A stretch of DNA of 64,000 bases from Scyliorhinus canicula (Eukaryota): contig NW_024056013.1 in assembly GCF_902713615.1 (NCBI RefSeq), positions 1,325,420 through 1,389,419 of the forward strand, given 5' to 3'. The position numbers and the translations under genes were made by a program. Below the pieces are notes generated by a model. The model was not told the DNA's origin. It saw only the letters and a list, made by a program, of their open reading frames with translations, and did no database searches. Positions 48,851 through 60,740 of this stretch are shown piece by piece. The first letter of the stretch is position 1. The number at the start of each line of letters is the position of its first letter.

Positions 48851-50029
48851 TACTGTCTGTAAATAATGGTTGCTGAATCCCGAGTGTAGATCTATCTACT
48901 GAGCCATCTTGTCATGTATCTTCAATTATCTTCCCGTGTCTACGTGGGTTTCGCCCCCACAACCCAAAAGATGTGCAGGATAGATGGATTGGCCACACTA
49001 AATTGCCCCTTAATTGGAAAAAATAATTGGGTACTCTAAATTTATTTTTAAAAATGTATCTTCAATTAAACCAAAGCAATGACTAGTTCAGCAATCCTGT
49101 GTGACATTTGTTAATTGGTGCAAAGACACATCAACACAACATGGTGGCAGCAGTGGGTTTGAGAACCACAGGAGCCGCCATGAAAAAGATTTGATGCAAT
49201 ACGGAGGCTGTATGTGTATGGAAACCACAGAAGGAAGAGTCCCTCCACAAACAGTGCATTGCAGAACAGTGAATATCTGATGTGCGGGCTTATTGGACTG
49301 AGGGTGAATGGAAAGCCACAAGTGAGTTCAGGGTTGCGCTGTGCAGTCGGTTTTGAATCTGGCATTAAAAGCTGTAAGACCATCAAAACATCCTTGGGGC
49401 CATTCCCGTGGAAAAGAAAAAACAAGTGAGGAACTGCTGTCAAAAGAAGAAAAGGAAAAACAAACCCAGCAGCTGCAATGTGACTCTCCCCACAGAGCAG
49501 AAAGGTTACATATCCCTTTCACATCAAGGATGTCCGTAAAACACCGGGAACATCAGAAAGGTGACCACCAAATCCCCCAACAAGAATTGGAAAACGACAG
49601 ATATCTAATCTACATTTAGGCTTTTCAAACAAAGGATGGAATTACACTTCTGATTTATCCGTCACTTAACCGGATGAACCATGCAGTGAAAATGAAGATG
49701 GCTAATGAAGTCAAAGGGTTGTATCAAGTCAACACTTGGGGCCTGTCTGAGGAGTATCAGAACAAGCCTGTTAAACTATGGAACATGTTGGAAGAGCAGC
49801 TTCATATAAATGTGAACTTTAGAATACACTGAATGGAGCTGATCACTCACAGGCAACAGCCAAACAATCAATCAGTTCGCCAGCACGCACCGTGATAGGA
49901 GAAAGGAATATGATTATTTCAGAAGCTGAGCTGAGCAAAGTTATTTTGTATTATCGATTTGACATTTCAATGATGCATTCATTACCCAGGATTCACCGGG
50001 GCTGTGAATGTGCCCTATTCACTGCACAG

Positions 50030-50470
50030 GGGCCCAGTGCGCAGGCGCGGTTCTGGGCTTTATCGGGAGCATGCGCGGTGTCACTTTGCTTGGAGACTTG
50101 CGAGAGTGGTAACGGTTTGTTCCATGGGTGAGAGTTGGTGGGGTGGAAAGAGGAATGAAGCCTGGAGTCGGGATGGGGAGGGTGCAGAAACTTTGTAAAC
50201 AGCCGGTGTAGGCCCTAGGACCGGCATAAGACCCTGCAGGTCCCGCGTTCGCAGCTGTGGAGCTTTTCCCTGGGATCAGGCCCAGTTGCGAGGCTGCCAT
50301 CTTAGTTCAGAGGTGAGCAGAGCGCATGCGCGGCCATCTTGGTGACGTAACGGAAAGTAGGCGCACCGTCAGGGTTTAGGTGACAAGGAGAGAAAATGTT
50401 TTGATTCTTGCATTGACGGAAGGGGTGACCGACACCTCGATATCGCAGAGCGCATGTGCGGCCATCCGAA
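50030..50470. promoter_or_regulatory. CpG-rich promoter-like region with duplicated NRF1+YY1-type module
   Basis: GCAGAGCGCATGCGCGGCCATCTTGGTGACGTAACGGAA at 50317-50355 and GCAGAGCGCATGTGCGGCCATC at 50445-50466; candidate + strand donor catgg|gtgaga ~50128. Confidence 0.6.
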
Positions 50471-50489
50471 TAACAGAAGAATAAGATTG

Positions 50490-51120
50490 TAGAATTCGTA
50501 CAGTGCATATGGAGTCTATGCGGCCCATTGAGTCTGCACAGACCCTTTGAAAGAAAACTCTACACGTGCACTCACCCATCAGTCACGCCCTATCTCTGCA
50601 ACTCCATAATCGAACCTGCACATCCCTGGACACTAAGGAGCAGTTCATCATGGCTAACCAGCACTTCTTTGGACTGTGGGAGAAAACTGGGGAAAACCAT
50701 GCAGACACCAGGAGAACCTGCAAACTCCACAAAGACAGTGACTGGAATTGAACCTGAGTCGCTGGCACTGTGAGGCAGCAGTGCTAACTACTGTATCTCC
50801 GTGCTGCCCTAGCACTGTGGCCTCACAGCGCCAGGGACCCAGGTTCGATTCTGACCTTGGGCGACAGTCTGAGTGGAGTTTGCACATTCTCCGTGTGTCT
50901 GCGTGTGTTTCCTCTGGGTGCTCCAGCTTCCTCCCACAGTCGTAAGATGTGCAGGTTAGGTGCCTTGGCCATGCTAGAATTACCCCTTAATTTGTTCAAA
51001 AATTAGGTGGGATTACCGAGATTGGGGGGAGTGGGCCCAGGTAGGGTGCTCTTTCAGAGGGTTGGTGCAGACTCAATGGGCTGAATGGCCTTGTTCTCCA
51101 CTGTAGGGATTCTATAGTTC
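50490..51120. mobile_element. Head-to-head pair of V-SINEs (- ~50490-50809; + ~50810-51120)
   Basis: ccgtgctgccc (minus-strand head) directly abuts tagcactgtggcctcacagcgccaggg (plus-strand head). Confidence 0.75.
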
Positions 51121-51712
51121 TCATTAGGCGCAGGAAGAGGCCACTCGACAAACTGGCTCCCTAACCTTTGATTCAGTTGTAGGTAGAAATTGTATATCAC
51201 AATATTGAATACACTCAATGGCCCAGCCTCCACTCAATGAGGGAGAGAATTCCGCCGGCTCTCTGAGAGTCACAATTTCTCCACATCTCTGTTTGAGACC
51301 CTTATTTTTAAACTCTCCCTGCAGTTTGAGATTCCCTGTCGAGAAAAATGATTTAAGCAGTTACCCTGTCAAGCACCCTCAATCTTCAAAACCACCTTTC
51401 ATTTATCTAACTCCAATCAGTATATAGAGACCCTGCCCAACTTTCCCCATAAAACCTTTCATACCAGGAATCAGCTGAATGAACCTTGTCTGAACTGTTT
51501 CCAATGTCAGTGTATCCCATCTTCTGTGAACCTGCACCTGGAAACAGGAGGAGAGGATGTTATGAATTAATATCCTGGACTTTGGAAACTCCTTTCACAG
51601 GGAGTTTGAAGGGGAGGATTTACACCCAGCAATCTCAAATTTAAGTAAAACATTTTTATCTCTTCATTTCTAACCACAATTGACACATGACTCTTGTAAT
51701 CTTCTTTTGCAG

Positions 51713-52560
51713 GGAGTGAGAAAGTTTGAAGACTGATTTTCCTCTGATTCCAGTGCTTCTGAATTCTTCCCAGCTGCAGCTCCAGCAGAAGGTTTGAAAA
51801 TTGAAAACAGTGAAATTGTTCCAGAGGTGAGTATTATTGAGGATTCATCTATAATTTAGAGTTTTTAGTGCTGTGTTTTATTATCTGTGCTCTGGTTCCA
51901 GGGCTCTGGGGCAAGCTTGGCTCCTTTACTGTGGATCTGAATCCATGTTCACCCATTGCTCTGTTTCAGCTCTGCCATCCATCATCACCTCTCTGCCATT
52001 GTTTAACTTCTGCCTCTAATAGTGGATTTATTTTAACCATGTTTGGTATATTACTGTTATTTATTCCAATGTTTCTGATTGAAGTTTTCACTGCTGCCCA
52101 TCCCTTGGCTATGTGCTGCTGATTTACCATCTTTATCTTCCCATGGTCAGGAATTGTTTTTCCTGCACTGGAGATCATTTATCTTCTTCTCATCAGCTGA
52201 TATTAACCATCAAATTCTGCACCATATTTATTCCGTGTAATTGAAGATTTGAGATTACTATCAGACCAGCCATGATCTTATTAAATGGTGGAGCAGGATT
52301 GAGGGGCTGAATGGTGACTCCTGTTCCTTGTTCATATGTTTATTGATTCTGTCACCCTGAGATGTTACCTTTATTTCTCTTTCCACAGTTACTCACTGAC
52401 ATGTTGAGTATTTTCATTTCAGAATATTTTTATTTCCGATTTTCAGCAACCAGTATTTTGCTATTATTTTGTTGCAGACGTTTCTCACAGAAGCGAGTCT
52501 AGAAGCAGAGACAGACCAATTAAGAACTGATTTGTATTGCGGAGGGTGTTGGTTGTGAAG
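51713..52560 (+). other. Two candidate non-coding 5' UTR exons of ZNF copy F (~51713-51826 and ~52479-52560)
   Basis: cttcttttgcag|ggagtg...ccagag|gtgagt and ttttgttgcag|acgttt...gtgaag|gttagt; no ORF support. Confidence 0.35.
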
Positions 52561-53144
52561 GTTAGTCTCTGGCCTCCAGTTATAATCCTTTTTCACAGAA
52601 TCATTGAATGATTACAATACAGATGGAGGCCATTCAGCCCATCATACCCATGCTGCCTCATCCCATTCCCCTGCCCTTTCTTCACGTCCTTGCAGCGTTT
52701 TTTCTTTCCAAAGTCTTGTCCAATTCCCTTTGGTTTGTTGTATCAGTTTGGCTGGAGTGGAGATGCAGGAGAAGCTGCTGGGTTTAACCCCAAGTACTTT
52801 GTAACCCAGTATTGAGCAATAATTTCAGATGTGAAGTTGTCAAGGGAGGTACGGGGAACGGCACTAAGTCATCATCCTCGTTTGGAGAGTTGGTGCAGAC
52901 ACGATGGGCCTTCTGCACCCTAACAATTCAGTGATTGAGTAATCTAGAATAGTTTGCTCTCTGGTCAGCTCTAGCAGGTGCTGCTCTAAGAAACTGTCCC
53001 CAAAACACTCTGCGAGCTCATCTGCCTGGCTACCTTTGCCAATCTGATTTGCCCAATTTACATGTCGATTAAAATCACCCATGATTATTGCTGTACTTTT
53101 CTCAGAGCCATTATTCCTCTCTGTACACTCGTCCTACAGTGTAG

Positions 53145-54711
53145 TGTTCTGGGCCAGGGTTCAGAGAACACCAAAATATATTGTGGAGTTCACCTGACCG
53201 ACATCTGTTTATAGATTTTGGTTATGAGGAGCACAAGGGCTGACTTTTCAGGTGTTATACAACTTCAGCACTTTAAATCAAAAACAAAGTTTATTCTACA
53301 AATTCAGTTAACATTTCTATAAACACACATCGTCAGCATTTTTATCAACTACAAACCTAAATGCCCCACACAGCTACAGTACTCTATATTTAACCCTTAA
53401 TAACTTCCCTATACTGTTTCACTTGTAGCCACCTAAGATGGACACTGGGCTAACAAGATGGAGAACTGCTAAGACTGCAGGGAAAAAGCAGTTTAGCCAA
53501 GACAAGCAGTCTGCAAAGACTGATTAGCATTTTGCAAGCAGCAAAACTAGTTTCTGGCCAGGTGGAAGATCTCAAACCAAAGGTGTTAATAGCAAAACGC
53601 TTTGCATATTAATGAGGCAATCCAGATCTGGGCACACACAATGGCAACATTTGGGTTTTGAATAGATACTTTAAGTGGATGTCCAGACAGAGCGGCACCA
53701 GAAGTATCCACCATAGAGACCGCCCCCTCCATCGAGGAGAGACCCTCACATTGGGGGAATTCAAAAGATATCGATTGGGATCTGATCCAATCGATACCTG
53801 AAGGTGAAAGCCCGCCCCAAAAAAGGCACAGACATTGGGGCCCTATAAAGATAGACCCCCACACATGGTCCTGTCTGTTTTTTTCGTGCTCCGGCTTTGA
53901 CTTCGACCCAGAACTTCGACTTGTATCCTGACTCCAGCCGTTGAGCACCAGCCGCCGAACCGTAAGTGACAATACGACGCTCGCTACGCGAACCAGGCCC
54001 ACTAGACCCCCAGCGACCAGCACACTCTCTGAAGGTTACAGACCAAGATCGAAACGAGGGCCTCGCTCCCTGACCTTGCCTGTTCCTGTTTAGTTAAGTA
54101 TTCTGATCGCTTAGTTTAGTTGTAGCTTAGTCCCTTAGCGTGTGCATGTGTATTTATTATATTTGTAATAATAAATACTAATCGTTTGGAACTTACTAAT
54201 CGGTGTATCGTTTTATTACTTTGAACCTGACCTTGGAATATTTGTGAGGTGTTATACGACACCTGGCGACTCCCGAGCTGAAAATACACACATAGAGCCT
54301 AGCAGTGTTAAGCACACGGCCTTTAAACGGAGGCGTGTTAATACACTCCAATAAACGCGAATTACACTCAAGTAAAACGTGCAACACACTCCAGTAACAA
54401 CATCCATAATTCAGACAATCCCTTTTACCACAAAACAGTAGGTTTGAATTCCTTCCCAACACAGTTATTAGTTTGAAGTTATCAAGTGATCTGGAGACAC
54501 CTTTTAAATATGCAGAGAGACCAGATAAACCTTCTTTTGTCTGAATGCAGCTTCCAACTGTCTAAACCGAAAGTAAAACTCAGAGCCACAACCAGCTTCC
54601 AGCTCAAAGCAAAATTAAAAATTAGGCCCACAGCCCAGCTCCCGCCACACAATGACATCGCTGCAGACATTTGAGAAGACAAACAGTTCTCAAAGGGACA
54701 TTCCCATGACA
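53145..54711 (-). mobile_element. Solo LTR (~600 bp net) inserted in a CR1 endonuclease fragment and itself split by a second LTR
   Basis: TG...CA ends; flanks gtag (53141-53144) / ggag (54712-54715); excision restores the CR1 reading P-N-S-N-Y-T-V-G; minus-strand AATAAA near 53290. Confidence 0.65.
53424..54386 (+). mobile_element. ERV class I-like solo LTR, 963 bp, 4-bp TSD CACT
   Basis: Starts TGTAGCC, ends GCAACA; CACT at 53420-53423 and 54387-54390; TATAAA 53844; AATAAA 54170 and 54350. Confidence 0.8.
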
Positions 54712-55569
54712 GGAGTTACTGTTAGGGTGGCCGAGAAACTACACCCACAAGTGACTTCCTATCTTTATCATTTCTTATCGTTACCCAATGTGATTGTACA
54801 TCTTGATTTCCATAACTAAAGTCATCTCTCTCTATTGTACTAATGTCATCCGTAATTAACAGAACTATCCCTCTGCATATTCCCAGTTTCCTGTCCTTCT
54901 GAAAAGTGATGGAATCTTGAATATTCAGGTCGCAGCCTTTGTCATCTTGCAGCCGTGTCTCTGTAATGGCTATCATCAGATCACAGTACCTGGAGTATGG
55001 TGCACACTTTCAATCTCGTTAACTAAGGAGGGTGATTCTTGCATTGGGAGCAGTTCAGAGAAGGATCATCGGGCTGATTCCTGGGATGAAGGTGTTGTGT
55101 TGTGAGGAAAGGTTGGGCCTGGACTCGTTTGAGTTTAGAGGTGATCGTATTGAAACATATAAGATTCTGAGGTAACATGATAGGGGAGATGAATAGAGGA
55201 TGTTTCCCCTCATGGGGGATACAGGAGCGAGTGGGCAAATTGTCAAAATAAAGGGTCCCCATTTCTGATGGAGATGAGGAGCAATGTCTTCCCTCAGAGG
55301 GGGGTTAGTCTTTGCAATTCTCTTCCCCAGAGAGCAGTGGAGGCTGCATCGTTAAAATATACAAGGCCCAGTTAGAGTTTTGATCAAAAAGGGAGTCGAG
55401 GATTATGGTGACAGGAAGAAAATGAAGTTCAGGTCACAATCCGATCAGCCATGATCTTATCAAATAGAAAAGCAGGATGTAATGATCTCATGGTTGAGAA
55501 CAGGAAACAGTGAGTATTAATCTGTCGATCAGTGTGAATTAGCACCTTCAGAAGGATAGGGAGGGTGTA

Positions 55570-56405
55570 TATTAGATCGAGCAGAGTGAGAATGGAGGGA
55601 GGGAGGTAGAGTGAGAATGGAGGGAGGGAGGTAGAGTGAGAATGGAGGGAAGTAGAGTGAGAATGGAGGGAAGTAGAGTGAGAATGGAGGGAAGTAGAGT
55701 GAGAATGGAGGGAGGTAGAGTGAGAATGGAGGGAGGGAGCAGAGTGAGAATGGAGGGAGGGAGCAGAGTGAGAATGGAGGGAGGGAGGCAGAGTGAGAAT
55801 GGAGGGAGGGAGGCAGAGTGAGAATGGAGGGAGGGAGGCAGAGTGAGAATGGAGGGAGGGAGGCAGAGTGAGAATGGAGGGAGGGAGGCAGAGTGAGAAT
55901 GGAGGGAGGGAGGCAGAGTGAGAATGGAGGGAGGTAGCAGAGTGAGAATGGAGGGAGGGAGCAGAGTGAGAATGGAGGGAGGCAGAGTGAGAATGGAGGG
56001 AGGGAGCAGAGTGAGAATGGAGGGAGGGAGCAGAGTGAGAATGGAGGGAGGGAGCAGAGTGAGAATGGAGGGAGGGAGCAGAGTGAGAATGGTGGGGGGG
56101 AGCAGAGTGAGAATGGAGGGAGGGAGCAGAGTGAGAATGGAGGGGGGAGCAGAGTGAGAATGGAGGGAGGGAGGGAGGGAGCGGAGGGAGGGAGGGAGCA
56201 GAGTGAGAATGGAGGGGGGAGCAGAGTGAGAATGGAGGGAGGGAGGTAGAGTGAGAATGGAAGGGGGGAGCAGAGTGAGAATGGAGAGAGGGAGGTAGAG
56301 TGAGAATGGACGGAGGGAGGTAGAGTGAGAATGGAGGGAGGGAGGTACAGTGAGAATGGAGGGAGGGAGCAGAGTGAGAATGGAGGGAGGGAGGTAGAGT
56401 GTGTG
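55570..56405 (+). repeat. Purine-rich 20-24 bp minisatellite (GCAGAGTGAGAATGGAGGGAGGGA)
   Basis: Roughly 35 tandem copies; the unit occurs single-copy upstream of ZNF A (~21390) and ZNF B (~31470, minus). Confidence 0.95.
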
Positions 56406-57074
56406 CACCGGGGAGATGGACCATCCAAACCGCCGACCAAAACTCAAGGGGGGGGGGAAATAGGACCCCCCCTCCACCCGTGTCCCCCACCACCAGCTAA
56501 ATGAAAGTAATGGTAAATAACGCAAACAACCCTGGCAATAACGGTAAATACTGATGTCAAGTTGTGTATAATTCTTATGATCAAACATTAAAAGTCCCAA
56601 TAAGAACATCTTTTTTTTTAAACTGTTTAATACAATGTAACAGAGGGAGGGATTGATAACACGGGGATGACTGTCACAGACACGGCAGCAGCATGTGATA
56701 CCTGTATTGTCATTGTTATCGGTTTGGTTACTATTATTGTTTTTATATTCTGCAATGTTTTGATATTAAATGCAAAATTCCAATAATAATTTTTTTTAAA
56801 AAGGAAATTTACAGTTTTTGGGGAACGAGAGAGGAAAGCATGTTCCACAGCAACTAGAATTGTCTGTTCTGAATTTCTGAGCTGTACTGACCGTGATGAC
56901 ATTTGTAAACTCCTTTAACAGGATATTCAAAGGGGAGGATTTGCAGCAAGAAATCTCAAACCAAACTTCACATCGAGATCTGACAGAGTCACTCGATTTG
57001 TTAGGACGCGAAAACCATCGGCCATTTTATCATCAGTGTGACTGGAAAAGCATCGAGACACGGACACCCGCACC

Positions 57075-58080
57075 ATGGGGAAACCGTGGAAATGTGAGGA
57101 TTGTGGGAAGGAATTCACTTTCCCATCTGCGCTGGAAACACATCGACGCAGTCACACCGGCGAGAGACCGTTCACCTGCTCAGTGTGTGGGAAGAGATTT
57201 AGATCTTTGTCCAACCTGCGGACACACCAGCAAGTTCACACCGGGGAGAGACCATTCACCTGCTCCAAGTGTGGGAAAGGATTCAGAGATTCATCCTGCC
57301 TGCTGGCACACCAGCGCGTTCACACCGGAGAGAAGCCGTTTACCTGCTCAGTGTGTGGGAAGAGATTTACTAATTCATCTGACTTGTTGAGACACCAGCG
57401 AGTTCACTCTGGGGAGAGACCATTCACCTGCTCCAATTGTGGGAAAGGATTCCGAGATTCATTCTGCCTGCTGAGGCACCAGCTAGTTCACACCGGGGAG
57501 AAGCCGTTTATCTGCTCCGTGTGTAGGGAGGGATTTACTACTTCATCTGACTTGTTGAGACACCAGCGAGTTCACACTGGAGAGAAGCCATTCACCTGCT
57601 CCATGTGTGGGAAAGGATTCAGAGATTCATACAGCCTGTTGACTCACCAGCGAGTTCACACTGGGGACAAGCCGTTTACCTGTTCAGTGTGTAGGAAAGC
57701 ATTCGGAGATGCATCAGACCTGCGAACACACCAGCAGGTTCACATCGGGGAGAAGCCATTTACTGCTCCATGTCTGGGAAAGGATTCTGAGATTCATCCA
57801 ACCAGCTGTCACACCAGCGAGTTCACACCGGGGACATTCCATTCACCTGCTCCATGTCTGGGAAAGGAATCAGAGCTTCATCCAACCTGCTGACTCACAG
57901 GGGAGTTCACTCTGGGGAGAGACCATTTACTGTGACCTGTGTATGGTAAAGGATTCTGAGATTCATCCAGCCTACTCACACACCAGTGAGTTCACAACGG
58001 GGAGAGATCATTTACCTGTTCTAACTGTGGGAAGGGATTCACTCAGTCATCCCACCTGCTGAGACACCAGCAGGTTCACA
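57075..58080 (+). CDS. C2H2 zinc-finger gene copy F: 8 intact fingers, then a frameshifted degenerate tail (possible pseudogene)
   Basis: [10 protein letters not shown]..; ORF 57075-57893; frame lost at ccattt-actgctcc (~57760); further finger-like sequence out of frame to ~58080; acceptor ctttaacag|g at 56921/56922. Confidence 0.7.
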
Positions 58081-58299
58081 AGTTACAGGGGTTGGATTCT
58101 GCTGTTTTTGCTGCTGTGAATCACATCCAGGACTGAACCATGTTCACTCTGACAGTTGGTGATGTGGGAGGTCGGAGTGTTTCCCTCTGGACTGGCCAGT
58201 CTACCAAGTTTCATTCCAGGGGACTGATTCTCTTAGAGCGAGGGCACATTTCCACTGCAATGATCTGCAAAGGCAGATATGGTACATTAATTTTATCCT

Positions 58300-58850
58300 G
58301 TTTAGTAAATAGTCTTTTTTCCACCACTGCAGATGTCCTGTCTTGTCTTTCATCCGTCCTCATTCCGAGTGTTGGCCGCTGTCTAGACAATCTTTCTCAC
58401 TGATTTCTCCGCTGCTCTCACTGCCTGTCCCATCGAGAGGCCAGTCCACATTCTGATATTATCCACCCAGAACATCTTGGGCCTTCCTTGTACACAGTTT
58501 CCAGGTGCCTGGCATTACCTTTGTCCAAACAGTCCCTTCCTGTTCACAACACATGTCCAAAATGCGTGAGCTTCCTCAATATCACTGCCTCAAACAGGTT
58601 CCTTTGAACACCAGCTTTCTCCAGCTCCCACTCATTCATCCACTTTGCCGTCCATGACAGACAGAATACCCGTCTGAGTCCTTTCAATTCAAACACTTTT
58701 ATTGGAGCCTCGTCCGGCTTCTTGATGCTGCAGCTTTCACAGCCGCACATTGTCACCGGCCACACAAGGGCTTCCAGAAGATGAATGTTCATTGTAACCC
58801 AGATGCTGCAACTGCTCCACATCTTTAAGTGAGATCACAACACCATGGCG
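58300..58850 (-). mobile_element. RTE/BovB-clade LINE ORF C-terminal fragment
   Basis: LLEALVWPVTMCGCESCSIKK..IKVFELKGLRRVFCLSWTAK..LTHFGHVL parallels the BovB motif LVKAMVFPVVMYGCESWTIKK..AFELWCWRRLLRVPWTAR..YFGHLMR recalled from memory. Confidence 0.7.
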
Positions 58851-58874
58851 CTTCAGTCTGGCCTGAATTTTAAA

Positions 58875-59093
58875 AGAAATTACAATTTAGTGTACCCCAA
58901 TTCTTTTTTTTTCTAATTAAGGGGCAATTTAGCGTGGCCAATCCACCTACCCAGCACATCTTTGGGTTGTGGGGGTGAAACACACGCAGACATGGGGAGA
59001 ATGTGCAAACTCCACACGGACAGTGACCAGGATCGAACCCGGGTCCTCGGCGTCGCGAGGCAGCAGTGCTAACCACTGGGCCACCGTGCAGCC
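58875..59093 (-). mobile_element. V-SINE (short-tail subfamily)
   Basis: Head gggctgcacggtggcccagtggttagcactgctgcctcg; body cccccacaacccaaagatgtg. Confidence 0.8.
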
Positions 59094-59544
59094 CTTTGGC
59101 TTTAATTTATTTGATGGATTCTGCATCTACTACTACTGGTAGATCTAAAATAAATACATTTGTCTCTGTTCCATTGAGTCTACAGCACAGGGCCAGGCCA
59201 GTCAGATCAATTGGTCTGTGTCAGTATTTATGCTCCACATGAGCCTCCACCCACCCCTCTTCATCTCCCCCCATCAGCATCTCCTTCTATTCCTTTCTCC
59301 CTCATGTATGTATCTAGCTTTCCTTTCAATGGATTCATGCTGTTCACCTCAACCACTCGCTGTGGTAGTGAGCTCCACATCTCACCACTCGCTCGGTAAA
59401 GAGGTTTCTACTGAAATCCCTATTGGACAATTGAACATCTTCACCATTTTAAAGACTTCCATCAGGTCACCCTTCAGCCTTCTCTTCCACCCTGGGCAAA
59501 AGCTTCTGACGATCCACTCTGTCCATGCCCCTCATAATTTGGTA

Positions 59545-60720
59545 GACATCTAGTCAGCACGGATTTGTGAGGGGTAGGTCTTGCCTTACAAGTCTTATTG
59601 ACTTCTTTGAGGAGGTGACCAAGCATGTGGATGAAGGTAAAGCAGTGGATGTAGTGTACATGGATTTTAGTAAGGCATTTGATAAGGTTCCCCATTGTAG
59701 GCTTGTGCAGAAAGTAAGGAGGCGTGCGATAGTGGGAAATTTGGCCAGTTGGATAACAAACTGGCTAACCGATAGAAGACAGAGAGTTGTGGTGGATGGC
59801 AAATATTCAGCCTGGAGCCCAGTTATCAGTGGCGTACCGCAGGGATCAGTCCTCTGCTGTTTGTGATTTTCATTAACGACTTGGATGAGGGAGTTGAAGG
59901 GTGGGTCAGTAAATTTGCAGATGATACGAAGATTGGTGGAGTTGTGGACAGTGAGGAGGGCTGTTGTCGGCTTCAAAGAGACATAGATAGAATGCAGAGC
60001 TGGGCTGAGAAGTGGCAGATGGAGTTTAACCCTGACAAGTGTGAGGTTGTCCATTTTGGAAGGACAAATATGAATGCGGAATACAGGGTTAACGGTAGGG
60101 TTCTTGGCAATGTGGAGGAGCAGAGAGATCTTGGGGTCTATGTTCATAGATCTTTGAAAGTTGCCACTCAAGTGGATAGAGCTGTGAAGAAGGCCTATGG
60201 TGTGCTAGCGTTCATTAGCAGAGGGATTGAATTTAAGAGCCGTGAGGTGATGATGCAGCTGTACAAAACCTTGGTCAGGCCACATTTGGAGTACTGTATG
60301 CAGTTCTTGTCGCCTCATTTTAGGAAGGATGTGGAAGCTTTGGAAAAGGTGCAAAGGAGATTTACCAGGATGTTGCCTGGAATGGAGAGTAGGTCATACG
60401 AGGAAAGGTTGAGGGTGTTAGGCCTTTTCTCATTAGAACGGAGAAGGATGAGGGACGACTTGATAGAGGTTATAAGATGATTAGGGGAATAGATAGAGTA
60501 GACAGTCAGAGACTTTTTCCCCGGGTGAAACACACCATTACAAGGGGACATAAATTTAAGATAAATGGTGGAAGATATAGAGGGGATGTCAGAGGTAGGT
60601 TCTTTACCCAGAGAGTAGTGGGGGCATGGAATGCACTGCCTGTGGAAGTAGTTGAATCGGAAACGTTAGGGACCTTCAAGCGGCTATTGGATAGGTACAT
60701 GGATTAGGGTAGAATAATGG
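59545..60720 (+). mobile_element. 5'-truncated CR1 RT region
   Basis: ORFs 59567-59866 (YMDFSKAFDKV, GVPQGSVL), 59863-60480 (KFADDTKIGG) and 60477-60707. Confidence 0.92.
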
Positions 60721-60740
60721 AGTGTAGGTTAACTTCTTAA

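Noticed and set aside
53586-54462. ORFs 53586-54023 and 54196-54462 as retroviral genes
   Set aside because: They lie inside a solo LTR bounded by TSDs and have no gag/pol/env motifs
55429-56609. 300-350 aa ORFs (SLHSHS/PPFSL/PPSILTL repeats)
   Set aside because: Minisatellite artefacts open in three minus-strand frames at once; no coding signature
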